Positions 13,010-28,858 of a stretch of DNA of 64,000 nt are shown one piece after another. The position numbers and the translations under genes are program-made. The notes below the pieces were generated by a model. The model saw nothing but the letters and a program-made list of their open reading frames with translations. It was not told the DNA's origin and did not search any database. Source of the stretch: the human T2T-CHM13v2.0 reference genome, Homo sapiens; the NCBI RefSeq assembly GCF_009914755.1, contig NC_060930.1, one strand, 5' to 3'. Numbering within the stretch: position 1 is the first letter of the stretch; each line of letters begins with the position of its first letter.

Positions 13010-13700
13010 AACTAATGATAAATTATTTTCCAAAGCGCTGGTATCAATATACACTTGTACTGTCAGTATGTTAATTACTCTTCTCTACAACCTCGGCAAA
13101 CATTTAAATTTTGCAAAGTTGTTAAGTATAAAATGTTTTCCTGTTGTAGCTTTAATATACATTTCCTGATGTTGAACATCATTCCTTATATTTATTATTT
13201 GTGTTTCTTTTGAGTAAAACACCTACTCATATTCTTTGCTCAGTTTCCTATTAGATTCTTTTTATCCTACTAATTTGAAAAAACAATTATACTAGTTTGT
13301 ATACAAATGCACTAAGAGTTTCTGTTACATCTTATGAAATATTTCCTTCCTATTGGCAGGGGGTAGAAGGGGTGTGAAGCTTGTCTTTTCATTTTTATAG
13401 TGTCTTAAGATAACAAAATTTTATAATTTTATTGTAATTTAGTTTATCATTTTTTCCTATTATAGGTTGCCTATCTTGCTCATAATAAAAACAAAACAGT
13501 TTTCTTTCCCCAGAATAATGAATATATTTTCTACATAGTTGTGAAGTAATTTAAGCATTTGTATTTCACATTTCAACTAAAAATCCATTTGGAATTGCAG
13601 GTACTGATAATTCTGTTTTGTTTTGCTTTAGTAGGGAAAAACATTTTTTATTTAGAAATTTATTCTAGCATGTCTTTTGATATTTTTCTTCACCACTGAT
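13010..13700 (-). mobile_element. Old L1M fragment
   Basis: 'ttttccaaagcgctggtatcaat...gttgaacatc...ttctttgctcagtttcctatt...aatccatttggaattg' is degraded ORF2 3' region in reverse. Confidence 0.55.
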
Positions 13701-14324
13701 TATAAATACCTCCTTGTTACATATGAAGTTTCCATATATATATATATGTATAAAGATCTGTCTTCCAAAGTTCAGAGACCACAGTCCCGATTGCACACAA
13801 AGGTTCAGGAATGGTACCTGTTCTTACCAGCCAGATTGGAAAAAGCCATAATTCATGAGATATTACATAGAGTATAGAAAAGAATAATGACTCAAAAGTG
13901 GAGAATAAATGTTCCTAGACTAAGCACCCATTTAGAGATCCTAAAAGCAAGATTGGAAAAATATTAAGTGTTTTCCAAGTAACTTGACTGCATTGCAGGA
14001 AAAAGCTCAAGAATATTTATAGAAACACAGAAATGTCCAATATCTAAAAGGGTAAAACCATAATAATTGGAATCAAATAAAATTTACAAAGCATGCAAAA
14101 ATCGGAAAACTATGACACATAATGAGGAGAAAAATCAGTCAATCCAAACTGTTAATTCTAACATCTGTCATTTTTGATAAATTTTTCTCTTTATTTGTGT
14201 CATATTTTTCTGTAACCATTATATATAATATGTAATACAATAAACAAATCTAAAATTTTGTAATACAACAGATAACTGAATTATAATGGGCCAAAAGTTT
14301 GACTTGATGCTTTGCTAAGAATTA

Positions 14325-15175
14325 TAGTACAGTCACTTCATCAAAGAAGATATGCAGATGTCAAATATGCAGATGAAAAGATGCTCAACACCATTAGTCA
14401 CTAGTAAAAAGCAAGTTAAAACCACAATTAAATACCAGAATAAAAGTATTAATATAGCTACAATTAAAAAAACAAAGATTGGTCATAAAAGTGTTGGCAA
14501 AGTTGTGGAGGAACTAGAGCTTGTATAACTGCTAGTAGAAATGTAATATGTTACTACAACTATAGAAAATTTAGCAGTATCCTAAAAAGTTAATTATATC
14601 CTTACTGCATGATGTAGGTACTCTATTCCTACATATGTACTTAAGAGAATTGAAAACATATCTCTACAAAGACTTGTACATGAATGTTCACTGCAGCTTT
14701 ATTTGTAATAACCACAAACTAGAAATAAATCAAATGCCTGTCACTGGGTAAATGGCTAAATAAGCTGTGAAATATTCCTATAATAGAATATTATTCAGCA
14801 ATAAAAACTGAGCTATTGATACATGCTTTAGCATGAATGAATCACATATTAATTAATCTGATTAAAAATGTCCAACAAGAAAAGAGTGCATGTTGTATGT
14901 TGTAATGTGTACACAATGTTAGAAAATGCAAACTAATATATAGTGGCAGAGCAAAGCAATGTTTTCCTCAGAAGTAGGATGTGGGAAAGGGTATGAGGGA
15001 GGAACTCCAAAGGATCAAAAGAAAACTTACAGGGCAATTGAAACATTTATTATCTTGAATGTGGTGAGTTTTCCATAAGTTTATATATTTTTCAAAAGTT
15101 ATCAAGTCATTCACTTTAAATATGTGTGGTTTATTCAACGTCAATTATACCTCAATGAAGCTATTTTTAAAAAAT
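14325..15175 (+). mobile_element. Old L1M (MD/ME-like) 3' end
   Basis: 'cacttcatcaaagaagatatgcagatg...aaaagatgctcaacaccattagtca...gtcaattatacctcaatgaagct'. Confidence 0.75.
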
Positions 15176-18100
15176 AACTAGATCCAGCTCCTGGGGAAAT
15201 TAATATCTCACCTTAGTATCTGTGAAATAAAATATTTTTTAAAATATTTATCTATTTTTGTTGCTTTTTAATAGCAAGGTTTTTCAGGATTTGTAGTTTG
15301 TCATATTGTTAGAAATGGAAACATCTTCCTAGATTTTTTTTTCTCCACAATTTTGGCCATGAGCTATTGACGAAATATGGCTTTCAAGCCTAATTATAAG
15401 AGCACAGTTGTACCTGTCATTTTTTTTCTAGTTTTTCTTCCTCATGAATATGTGCCCTGGACTTTTGAAATCTTTATTATTTTTTAAATCACAACTCATT
15501 AACTAATCTTACCACTCTTGGGAACCACCTCTCAACTAAATATTCCCTCTGTGCTTGTGTCCTGTTCACCAGAAAAATGTTAAACAGGACAGAGACATGG
15601 AGAAAGGCTAAAGAATTCCACCAACTATTACCTTCCATTGGAACTGAATCATCAGAATGTTTGTTTAACTTAATTCCAAATTGCCTAACACACTATTGCC
15701 ATATCCTTTATAGAAATTTGCTTATCTATATTAATATGATGATATACCAATGTATTAACTCTGAAAAATAGGAAGAGGATTCGATTATTGCTTTAACAGC
15801 CTCTGGGGTACCCTACTTAATAATAAATTCCAGAATTTGGGAAATCTTATTTGCTAAATCATTTTCCACAATTCATGAATATTTTCTTCTGCCATTACCC
15901 TATAATCTTTGCTTAAAGATTTTCGGTAGCATTGCTCTTATTATCGTGTTATTTGCCTGGAATGAAACTAGCCAAGACCAATATGTCTACTCCATGGAAT
16001 TACCTTAGTGCCCCAGATTTCAATATCATGACTCCCTGAAAACTCTTTAGTTATACTTAATGGTCAACTTGCTATGCTTAGACTAAAATTCTCCTATGAA
16101 TTGGGGGGATATTTAAAAATGCAACACAGGTGCAGAAAATATTACAAGTTTTTATCACGTGGGATAATTCATTTAGATATGAATTCACATATCTAATTCA
16201 AATTTCTTAAGTAAGATTTTTGATTTGAGATGGATTTTTCCAGTATTAATTATGTCTTTCTTCTTTAGATTGAATATTGACATTATTTATTTTAAAATCT
16301 TTGTTCACACTTACACTCACATTCCATGAATATAAGTTATGGAACTTGAGATACAGCATTTTTGTGTTTCCTGTCTAAGAAAATCTATTGAGTAAAAGGA
16401 ACTATCTGGAAAATAACATACATCATCTTTTGTTATTTTGTAAAACCTATTTTAACACTCAGCCCCAAGCAGAGATGGTATCTACATTTAATAACAGCTA
16501 CTTCAAAGATATGCAGCAACATATTTGCATATGCTACCACTAGAATAATTTATCTGCTTAATTTACGGATATTAAAATTAATTGTAAAATGCCACTAAGG
16601 GAATTTGTCTTTTGATGTTCTCTGTAGGGGCAAATTTACATTTTGAGATTAGACATTAAAAAAAGAAAAACAAAGCAGAAAAGAATGTATGTTATGTTTT
16701 TATCGTGTGATTAGTGAGTAAGGCACCCGTATATCTCAACATATTATTAATTGAGTGTTCTTAGGGATCTGTGTTTGGAATATACCAGAGGAAGATATTT
16801 TCAGTACTTTATGAAGAGCTCAATTTCCCTTCTTAATACATAATGCTATGGCTGCTGCATTTTGCTCTAAAGGACATTATGCCAGGCATGTGAATATTAT
16901 GGAGGTATTTGCTGGTAATTTATCATTTAAAGGTTAAAAAACCTTTTAATTAGTAAGTATGTAATAAGAAACTTAATGAAAATGTCTAATGAATTTCATT
17001 TCACATAAAAGGATTTTTTTGTCCATGAGAGTCAAAGTCAGAAGTTGACCTCCTGGCCTAGAATCATCACATCCTTCTTCATAATTAAGTTTTCAAGTAT
17101 TTTCACGGCCCTTAAGTAACACACTCTTCTGGGTTGTCAGTTCATTTAATTTTCTCCATCCAATGTTTCTAAAGAATTTTTCAATCTCAGTGGATATGGC
17201 TTGATAATCTCCCAACAATATACCACCATATCACTGGTCTCTTAAAGTGCTGCCAACTCACACATGGTGCTAAAGTAGCCTCACTGAAGTGTGCTGAGAG
17301 GACAGAGTCAGCCACTTTATTGCCCAGTAGTGGCCTTAATAAAAAGGAAAACAAAATAGAATATCTGAGTGTTGTTTATGAGATATAAAATCAGCTAGTT
17401 GAAAAGTGGAAAATACAGTCTGTTTTGGGCTAAATTTAAGTATGCACCTGCTTTTTTCTTAAGCTACAGAGGTAAGGAGTTTCTATGAGTTCATTGTGAA
17501 AGCATAAATATTCACAGGGTAGGAAGAAAATGAGAAGGATGGTAGAAAGCAAGAGAAAGGTACAGAGGGAGAAAAAAGAATAAAGGGGATAGGTGCACAA
17601 ATAAAAAACGTCAGTGTGACATGGCTTTATAGTGGATACTCTGATAGATGTCTGGCCCTTGTGCTAGCAATTAAATTGAATAATTGACTCATGCAAATAA
17701 GAATAAATATAACCACATTTTTGTAGAGCTCTTGATATCATCCTCTAATATGACAACAGGTTATGTCACATTATTTCAAAATGAGGATAATAAAAAAATT
17801 AATGAGAATTGTCTTTGAAAATTTGGTACCTATATCAATGACCTTTTTTACTCATCTGGCTGATAGGTGTCAGGGATAGGATATTAGTTTCCTAATCTTA
17901 TCATTTAGACTGCTACTTTATAGGGTTTCCATATACACTCAAAGCTATATGCTACTATGAAATAAAGTATTATTTTATTAACATCTAGGGAACAGCAATG
18001 GATAGGTCACATACCCCAGAAGGGCAGTTTTCTTCTCTGGCCTTCTGTAGTATAAGTTTTTCCATCAAGCAAATGGATTTCTGAGGATATAAGTAAGATC

Positions 18101-19670
18101 TCTTTCTCCTCCCTCTAAGCAAAAGAGGTTTTGGCCAGTAGAAACAAACACAAACCCATTTACTAATGGAACAGAAATAAAGGTCAAGCTCTAGAAAGGA
18201 GGACAGGAAATGGAAGGAAGCTGATTGTATATGGATTTAGAAAGATTAAAGGTAGCTACTGATTCTTTTCCTCTTGTAACTGGAGGAGAAAATGTGAGAT
18301 AAATGTTATAAATGTCTTAATATTCTGTACCTTATCATGAACTTTATGAAGGTGTTCAGAAGAGTCACATGGAGGAAAGAGTGTCTTGTTTACATGAGTC
18401 ACATAATCAGAGGAAAGAATATTAGTCCAAGGATTATTATAAAGTCCTGACTCACAAGTTTGTCCACTTTTGAGTAACTAATAAACATTCAATAAAATTG
18501 TGCCTTCAGTAGTTCTCAGTGCTGAAATGCGTGTTCCCTATTCTTGTGAACATTACAATTTGCCTGGAAAGATGAAGTGTCCTCACATGATACCTTAGGT
18601 ATCTCATCAAAGTTTGGTAGGTAACAGTAAAAAGCAATTCACAAGTAGGCAATTGTTGATAAGGAAGAAGCTGGAATATACTGCAAACCTTTCTCAACTC
18701 TTCCCTTATGTGCTTTGTGAGTTCAAGCAGAATAAATCTAAAAGAGCCTTTTGGAGATACCCATACCCTAATCTCCATGCTGTCCCTTCTTTTCAATTTT
18801 CCTTCCTACTCCACACTTCCACTATCACATTGTCAGTATTTTCTTAACTTTTCTCTTTACCCCAAAGTGCTGGTTCTCTCAGAGAGAGATAGCAACAAAT
18901 CCTTATATTTTGATTGTAACTTTTCACTCTATCCTGGCAAATTTTCATCATGGATTTACTGGATTTATTATTCTAAGGGGAAGCTTTACATCTGTAATTA
19001 GCTTTGCATGAATTATGTACAAATAAAGCTTTTTATCTTGCTAACATTTAGTGTTTTTAATAACAAAACTTCAAAATCTTACTCAACTAGTGAATCTTGT
19101 TTTATTTACTTACACTAGGTTTAAAGAGAGATGGAAAGAAAAGGAGAAAGGAAAGAGAAAAATACGATTAATGAATACACTAAATAAAAACTTTTAAGAA
19201 GAAAGTTAAAATAATGAATATTATACTGAAGTAATGACTGTATATCTGATGCTGAAGGAATGACAAATGAGAAAAAGGTATGTGTAGAATGAAATAAATT
19301 GGATAGATCTTATGTGAATGTTTGTGTTGTGTATTTTAAGAAAAGTAAACAACCGTATTGCTGGAAAAAAATAAAAAAGTATATTTCAGGTGAAGAGAAA
19401 GAAGGATAAGAGTGAAGTCCAGGAATAAGGACTGAGGAGAAACAAGCTATACAGAAAAGATAATGAGAAATTCTGAATAACTGGAATTGAAAGGTTAAAC
19501 AGAGAAAACTTGAGATGAACATTTACTAGACAAAATAATGTGAATTAAAATATTTTAATCCAATTTTGAAACATTTTAACCAACGAATCTTCTAGAACAG
19601 GGGAGGACAACCAGTTATTTGTCAAAACCTATTTTTTTCTTCTGCCATAATTAAGGGATTTTCAGCTGGG

Positions 19671-22173
19671 TGTGTTTAAGCCATTCTTGCACTGATTTGA
19701 GAAAATGCCTGAGACTGGGTAATTTATAAAGAAAAGTTTAATTGATTCACAGTTTTGTAGGCTGTACAAGAAACATGGCAATAGGCATCTTCTCAGCTTC
19801 TGATGTGGCATCAGTAAGCTTAGGGGAAATCATAGGGGAAGGTGAAGGGGAAGGGCACAGGTCACATGGCAAAAGCAGGCACGAGAGAGAAAGAGAACAC
19901 GTGTGACGGGAGAGGTGTCATACAATTTTAAATGATCAAATCTCACGTGAACTCAGAGGAAGTGCTCACTTGTCACCAAGGAGATGGCCCAAGCTATTCA
20001 TGATGGATCTGTCCCCATTATCCAAACACCTCCTACTAGGCCCCACCTCTAACACTGGGGACTACATCTCTGCGTGTAATTTGGGCAGGGACAAATATCC
20101 AAACTATATTTTTCTGCCCCAACCCTTCCCAAATTTCATATCCTTCTCACATTTCAAAATACAATCATGCCTTCCCAATAGTCCCCTAAGGTCTTAACTC
20201 ATTCTAGCATGAACTCAAAACTCCAAAGTCTCATCTGAGACACGACAAATCTCTTCCATTTATCAGCCTGTAAAATGAAAAAACAAGTTAACTACTTCCA
20301 AAATATGATGGGAGTATAGGCATTGGATAAACACTTTCCTTCCAAAAGGGAGAAATCTCCCCAAACAAAGAGGCTACAGGCCCCACGCAAGTTCGAAACC
20401 TAGCAGAGCAGCCATTAAATCCTAAAGCTCCAAAATAATCTAGTTTGACTCCACATCTAATATCCAGAACACGCTCGTGCAAGGGGAGGGCTCCAAGGTC
20501 TTGGGCAGTTCAACTCCTATGGCTTTGCAGGATTCAGTTCCTCAGGCTGCTCTCACAGGTTATTGAGTACCTGCAGCTTTTCCAGGCACAGCATGCAATC
20601 TGCCAGTGGAACTGCCATTCTGGGGTCTGGTGCCTCATTCTCCGAGCTCCACTTGGCAGTGTCCAATGGGTACTCTGTGTGAGGGCTCCAACCCTACATT
20701 TCTCCTTGGCACTGCCCTAGTAGAAGTTCTCTGTGGGGGCTCTGCCCCTGTAGCTGACTTCTGCCTGGGCACTCAGGGTTTTCCACACATCCTCTGAAAT
20801 CTAGGCAGAGGAGGCCAAGATTCCATCACTCGTGTACTCTGTATATCCACAGGTTTAACACCACGTGGAAGCTGGCAAGACTTATGGCAGCTTGAGCTCT
20901 CTGGAGCAGCGGCATGAGCAGTATCTAGGGCCTTTTGTGCTGAGACTGGAGCCAGAGTGTCCTGGATGTAGGGAATAGTGTTTCTGTGGCCTAGCTCAAG
21001 AAAATACTCTTCCCTGTTAGGCTTCTGGGCCGTGACGAGAGGGAATGCTGCAAAAGTCTCTGAAATGCCATTGAGGCCTTTCTCACATTCTCCTGGCTTA
21101 AGCACACACTTGGTTCTCTGTAAGTTATGCAATTTCTCTAGCAAGTGGTTGCTCCAAGTCTGCCTGAATTCCTCTTCTGAAAAAGCTTTTCCTTTCTCTG
21201 CCACGTGGCCAGGCTGCAAACTTTCCGAACTTATATTCTCTGTTTTCCTTTTAAATATAAGTTCCAAATTTAAGTCATTCTTTTGCTATTACATCTAAGC
21301 ATAGGCAGTTAGAAGCAGCCAAACCACAGTTTGCTGCTTAGAAATTTCTTCCACCAGATACCTTAAATCACCACTATGAAGTTCAAACTTCCACAGATCC
21401 AATGGGCATGAAGAGAATGCAGCCAAGTTCTTTGCTAAGGCATAACACAAATGACCTTTGCTCCAGTTCCCAATAAGTTCCTCATTTCCATCTGAGACCT
21501 CCTTAGCCTGGATTTCACTGTCCATATCACTATCAGCATTTTGGTCATAACCAATTAACCAGTCTTAAAGAAATTTTGAACATTCCCTCATCTTCCTGTC
21601 TTCTTTGAGCCCTCCAAGCTCTTCCAACCTCTGCCTGTTACCTAGTTTCAAAGCTGCTTCCACATTTTCAGATATCTTTATATTAGGTTAGTGCAAGAGT
21701 AATTGTGTTTTTTGCCATTACTTTTCTGCCAACCTAATAGCAATGCCCCACTCCTTGGTATCAATTTTCTGTATTAGGCCATTCTTGAATTGCTATAAAG
21801 AAAGAACTGAAACTGGGTAACTTACTACACAAAAGAGGTTTAATTGCCTCGTGGTTCTGAGGCTTTATACAAAGCTTCGTCCTGTCATCTGCTTGGCTTC
21901 TGGGAAGGCCTCAGGATGTTTACAATCATGGCAGAAGGTAAAGTGGGAGCAGCCACTTTACATGGCCAAAGCAGGAACAAAGAAAGTGAAGGGGGGAGGT
22001 GTCACACACTTTTAAATGACCACCTCTCACAAGAATTCACTATCATGAAGACAGCCTGAAGCCAGGAGGGATCTGCTTCACATGATCCAAGCACCTCCCA
22101 CCAGGCCCACTCCCAGCATTAGGGACTACAGTTAAACATGAGATTTGGATAGGGATAAATATCCAAACTATAA
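19671..22173 (-). mobile_element. Complete MST MaLR element: LTR (21770-22173), internal (~20110-21769), LTR (19671-~20110)
   Basis: Two homologous LTRs (tgt...ccattcttg...aaatatccaaactat) flank a ~1.65 kb MST/THE1-type internal region. ORF fragments such as 'MDSEIQAKEVSDGNEELIGNWSKGHLCYALAKNLAAF' are typical of the MaLR internal ORF. Confidence 0.9.
21683..21737. mobile_element. MADE1 (Hsmar1-derived MITE), internally deleted, TA TSD
   Basis: ta|ttaggttagtgcaagagtaattgtgttttttgccattacttttctgccaacctaa|ta. Confidence 0.9.
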
Positions 22174-22319
22174 AATATTGCATTTATGTGTCTTTGTATC
22201 CTACTGGTTTTGCTTCTTTGAATCTGTACTATTACATCTGCTTAATGGGAATATACTGTCCCTTCACTTCTTCATGTACACCTACAAACCTACTTGGGAT
22301 AAAAACACAAAAGTGAAGC

Positions 22320-22545
22320 AAGGCCAACTGAGACCATGCAGAAAAGGACAACACACTAGAGGATAACAGAACAAGTTGGAATTTAACTGTGTTTCTAAGA
22401 AAAATCCTATGGAACCAAGTTGTCTATCCATCTTGGACTGCCTACCAATTTCTAGACTTTTATAAAAGAAACAAACTTCTATTTTATTTGAGACACAATA
22501 TTTGGAGGTCAAATTACTTACCATAGAAGCTTATTTTATATGCAG
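22320..22545 (+). mobile_element. Old MLT1 (J/K-like) LTR 3' part
   Basis: 'ccatcttggactgcctacc...tctagactttt...aaacaaacttctattttattt'. Confidence 0.5.
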
Positions 22546-24974
22546 TAATTACAGCACTATGTTTTTAATGGATAAAAAAGGCATTTTAGAAAGGTTTGGG
22601 CACTCATATGTTTGGTCAACTGGATCAGAAAGACTGGAAATGAGGTAACATTACCTGGGATGATGTTGCTGCCATGCCAGTTGGATATTGTTGTTTATAA
22701 AGTCCCTTACGACAATCAGGAATTGCATCTTTATATAGGATGCTGAAATATTTTCAATATGAAAAGCAAAGGAATATCAGAGAAATATACTTAGAGGTGG
22801 TTATATAATTTTACCACATATATAGTTCTGGAAAATGGTGTGGACACTGGCCAGTAGAATATGTTCAAACTTTTATGTGACCATTGAAATGAGTTAATTA
22901 CTCTTAGGACTTCAGTTTTGTCAGACGAGGGATTAGCTAAAGTTTCTTCTACTTCTGAAATTCTGTGACACTACGTTTGTTCTTATAATGAGGTATACAA
23001 ATTATGGAGGGAAAAGGTGTTCAAAATTGTTTATCTATACTCGTGATTATTGCTAAAGAAAAAAACATTTCACATAAAATGCTAACTTCCACATGGATGC
23101 TGAAAAAAAACCCTGCCTACTCTGAAGGGTGATATATTAAAAAATTTAATAAATAGTATCTAGTATTGTCAGAATGAGTAGCAGGAGTTTATTTGAATGC
23201 GGAACTGGGAACTAAACTCTGAATTAGAACATATCACAAATTACTAACTATTCTTCTTGGCTGTTTCTTCAAGATTTGAAGCCACTTTTTAAAGAGTTCA
23301 ATTGTTGAAACTAAATAATTTTGTTCCTTATAATTACAATGCATAAGGTATACCTTTAAAATTAATTATCTCTGAAGATCCAAGGAAAGGAAGACCACAC
23401 TGTAGCCATATTAAGTTACACAGTGTTTCCTAATTATCCCCAAACTCTTCCTTTATTCTAGACTTTTGTTTATGCCAATTTATTTTTCCCAGAAGGTAAA
23501 TCCTCCAGAGCCTTTCATGTCTTCAAGACATATCATTATGCTGTCATTGTGGCTTCTCCTTAGCAAGACTGGATTAATGAATGACTCATGTACTAGACTA
23601 GTCTTCTGTATTATTCTCTTTTACATGAAGTATATACTCTACTAGGTTTCAATTGCTATTGCCATCTGTGATTGGAACACTTAGGCCTGCTTTTGTGAAA
23701 CCTCAAATAGACACAGTGGCATGCTAAAAAAATGGAATGCAAAATGTGTAACTATGACATAGCAAGAATATCCTTAGGTAGAAATTTGAATGTTAATGTA
23801 GTACTTTCTGGGTAAAATGGTGTTTAAGACAGTAAGTCCTCAGTTTTGAGCTGCTCTGCATGGTGTATTTTTCACTCCTTATTTCATACAATTCGAACTT
23901 TGAGCTTACCCCATAAAAAACAAGGAAGCCATTCTCTTAACATATCCTTTAAGACCTCTTGTGTATTATTTGCTAGTTTAGTAATAAAACAAAGTAGACA
24001 ATAGACAAAAACACTTTTTTTAATTAACAAAACCTAACTTATTACTTTTATCAGAGACAGACTGTGTGGTTTTTCCTGGCTCATGCTGCTAAATAAAGTC
24101 TCTGGCAGGAAAGAGAGAGAGGATTTTGCCTTATTCATTGTCATAGCACGAGTCTTTTTTCAGTACCTGTCATGGAGTATGCAAAATAAAATATTTATTA
24201 AATAAAATGCGAGCTAACATGGCCAGACTCCTTTTCTTTTTCTTATTAGCTTACTGACAATTTCAATATGATGCCCAAAGGCATATCAGATCCAGAATTT
24301 CTAAAATTTGACTTATTAATTCCCAAAACTATGTCTTTTATATGATTTGTTATCCCATTAAATGACAACATAAGACCCAATATTTCTCCACTAGAAAAAC
24401 AGGAATCTTCTGTTGTCCCTATTCAGCAGCTTTCTTCATTTAGTCATCAATGTCATCAACTAAAGTTCATCTGAAGAGGATCTCTCTATCCATCTAAATT
24501 TCATCTTACTCACTGTGGAATTCACACTGTTTATATTAGCGGCCTCTTGTCAGGAAAGTTAGTATGTATCAGAATTGCTACCTTCCTAGGTAGTGTTAAA
24601 TGTTTTAAATCATAATTCATTACTCTTGCTTTTCAAAAAAAAAAAAACAATTGCCACTCCAAATTCCAAATCCTTGCAAATGGACTCTTATAATTAATCT
24701 TAAAGTTAAATCTGAACAGCAGCACCTGCTACTGCCTCTTATCTCTCTCTATATATATCAAAATTAGAAGACATAGAACAGAAACCCAAACTAGATATGA
24801 GATTTGAACTATTAATAGCATTTAGGAAACATATCTATTAATAACAAAAATGATGGATCTGGATTGCAGAAATCAATAAACAACCACACAAAATACCAAT
24901 TAGATAAACACACAACAATGGGGAAAATGTAGTAATTCTGTTTTCTGAAAGATAACAAGTGAATCCACTTCTTT

Positions 24975-26613
<1,639 letters not shown>

Positions 26614-27177
26614 TCCACTTCTTTATCATGTCTGATTCTTGGCTCAAAAAATAGATAAAAAGGAGAAATTAATGGAAGTATTCTAGAACATTTCTATATC
26701 ATGTATATTGTGTTTTGAGTGACTGAGAGTGCTTTTTCTCATACCACCATCACTATCCCTGTTGGTATGTATATATAACCACCTGAAAATGACAAATCAC
26801 AAAATCATCTGGACAAGACATAGAGCAATGGGAAAAAAAAGGTTGGATGAGATGGTGTGGCAGGAAGTCACTTCTCCAAAAGTCTATTATTCACAATTAT
26901 TAAGCTACAGGTCAGGGGAGAGGGAAGAGGAGTCCAAATAAAGAGGTATTATACACTTTAGATGATCTTTTTTCTTATTCTTTTTCTGATTAGGTTTCCA
27001 GAGAGTCAAGAAACAGTGGTGGTGAGGTAGGGACGGAGAGAAATAAAAATAGTTGCCGACATTTTTATAGCACTTTCTAGGTGACAAACAGTATTTTTAT
27101 TTTATTTTTTAGTGAGAAATGAGTTGAATATTTAATTGCCTGTGTTTTAAATGGAATCACAAATTTTCTTTTTATTA

Positions 27178-27342
27178 CTTTTTTCTTTTTTTTTGAGGTG
27201 GAGTTTTGCTCTTGTTGTCCAGGTTGGAGTGCAATGGTGCGATCTCGGCTCACTGCAAACTCTGCCTCCAGTTTCAAGCGGTTCTCCTGCCTCAGCCTCC
27301 CCAGTAGCTGGGATTACAGGCACCTGCCACCACACCTGGCTA
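27178..27342 (-). mobile_element. Alu right arm only (AluSq/Sp-like)
   Basis: 'ggagttttgctcttgttgtccaggttggagtgcaatgg...ccaccacacctggcta'; it stops at the central linker. Confidence 0.9.
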
Positions 27343-27344
27343 GA

Positions 27345-27550
27345 CAAATATTATATAAGGACTTTATACACATTAATTTAGTTAACTCTCACAACAACCA
27401 ATAAAGAAGGTATTCTTTTTATTTTCATTTTTGAATGAGGATATTGAGTCACAAAGGTTTCAGGTAACTTATTCAAGGTCAAATAGAAAGTAGCAGAGTT
27501 GGAACTCAAGCTATGGTTTCAAAATCCATGCTCTTAACTATGCTACACTA
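27345..27550 (-). mobile_element. MIR SINE
   Basis: 'ctctcacaacaacc...attttcatttttgaatgaggatattgag...aacttattcaaggtca...ggaactcaagc...atgctcttaacta'. Confidence 0.7.
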
Positions 27551-28740
27551 GTAAGATAATCTTGGTTCAAGAATGCTTACTAGACATTAGGGATCAAGCT
27601 AGGAATTATGCTTTCAACCTGCTTGTAAGCTTATCTGTGAAGGAGACTTGAGCAGGCCTCAATAGTTAAGGTTCCAGACCAAGTGGAGTACATATATTTC
27701 TCTGAATGAGCAGAACAACCAGTAAACTTTAATGAACACTCTATAACTAAAATATAATCTTGATTAGGGTATAATCACAGAGGTCTCTGAAAGTTATTTA
27801 ATAAAACTTACCTTAGCAAGATTATTTAGAAATATATTTACATCATTGATAATATTCAAGCAACCCGCCATGATAGAGAAATGAATAACATAAAGAGGAT
27901 ATAAACTGAGATAAAAAATAACACATTGTGTGTGAGATGAATGAATGAAAATCAACTAAATATATCACAACATAATATAAATATCACAGTAATATAAAGA
28001 TGAATAAATAGTGTAGAAATTGGAATGTGTACTTTCAGGGTAACATTCGTAGAGATTGCTTAAAAATGAACAAAAATGATTAGTGAGAGGCTAGTATATA
28101 TGGAAGAAGCAGATATCTGAGCTGAAAATTGTATGTGTTTCTGTGAAGGCAGAAAATTTGAAATGGAAGTCATAATCAAAAACATGATTGAAGAAAACAT
28201 CAGTGAAATAAATATTCTCAAAGGATGGCTCACTGCAGCTCAACAAAAGCATTTCTGCAGCTCAGACGAAAGCTATTAAACTATAGCTTTCTAAGTTGTC
28301 CTAGTGCAGAAAATCTTCTAAATGAATAAAAGCATGGAAATTATGAGGGTACCACCCAGTGAAAACTGGAATTAACATATTGTATATATGTTAGATATAC
28401 ACACAATTATATCATTCCCTTGTTTTATAGCCTGAATTTTTATCTGAAATATTTTTAATTTATTAAATATACGTTTACCAAAATAATTTCTAAATTCTTC
28501 CAGGCACTACTTATTTAATGAATTCTGCAATTTTCTTTGCTCTTGGTAATGATATACTAAACTTTTTTATGGTAACATTATGGCACATATCCATTATTTT
28601 ATTCTTAGAATAAATTGAGGTTGATGGTTTACTTAGTGTATACATTCTTAGGGATTTTGCCACTAAGCCTCAAAATATTTAAAATGAATAAATGGATTGG
28701 CAAAAGGAGTGTCTTAGGATCTAGTTTTTAAGTGAAAAAT

Positions 28741-28787
<47 letters not shown>

Positions 28788-28824
28788 CATACATACATAC
28801 ATACATACATACATACATACATAG
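28741..28824 (+). repeat. Compound tetranucleotide STR (ATAG)11(ATAC)9 ATAG
   Basis: Units counted directly from the sequence. Confidence 0.97.
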
Positions 28825-28858
28825 ATGCATAAATAAAGCAAATATAACACTGTCTTTT

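Noticed and set aside
18506-19001. Three overlapping 77-97 aa ORFs in non-repeat DNA
   Set aside because: No recognisable domain or exon structure; consistent with chance ORFs.
20445-21525. Cluster of 60-160 aa ORFs as a novel gene
   Set aside because: Frameshifted remnants of the MaLR internal region.
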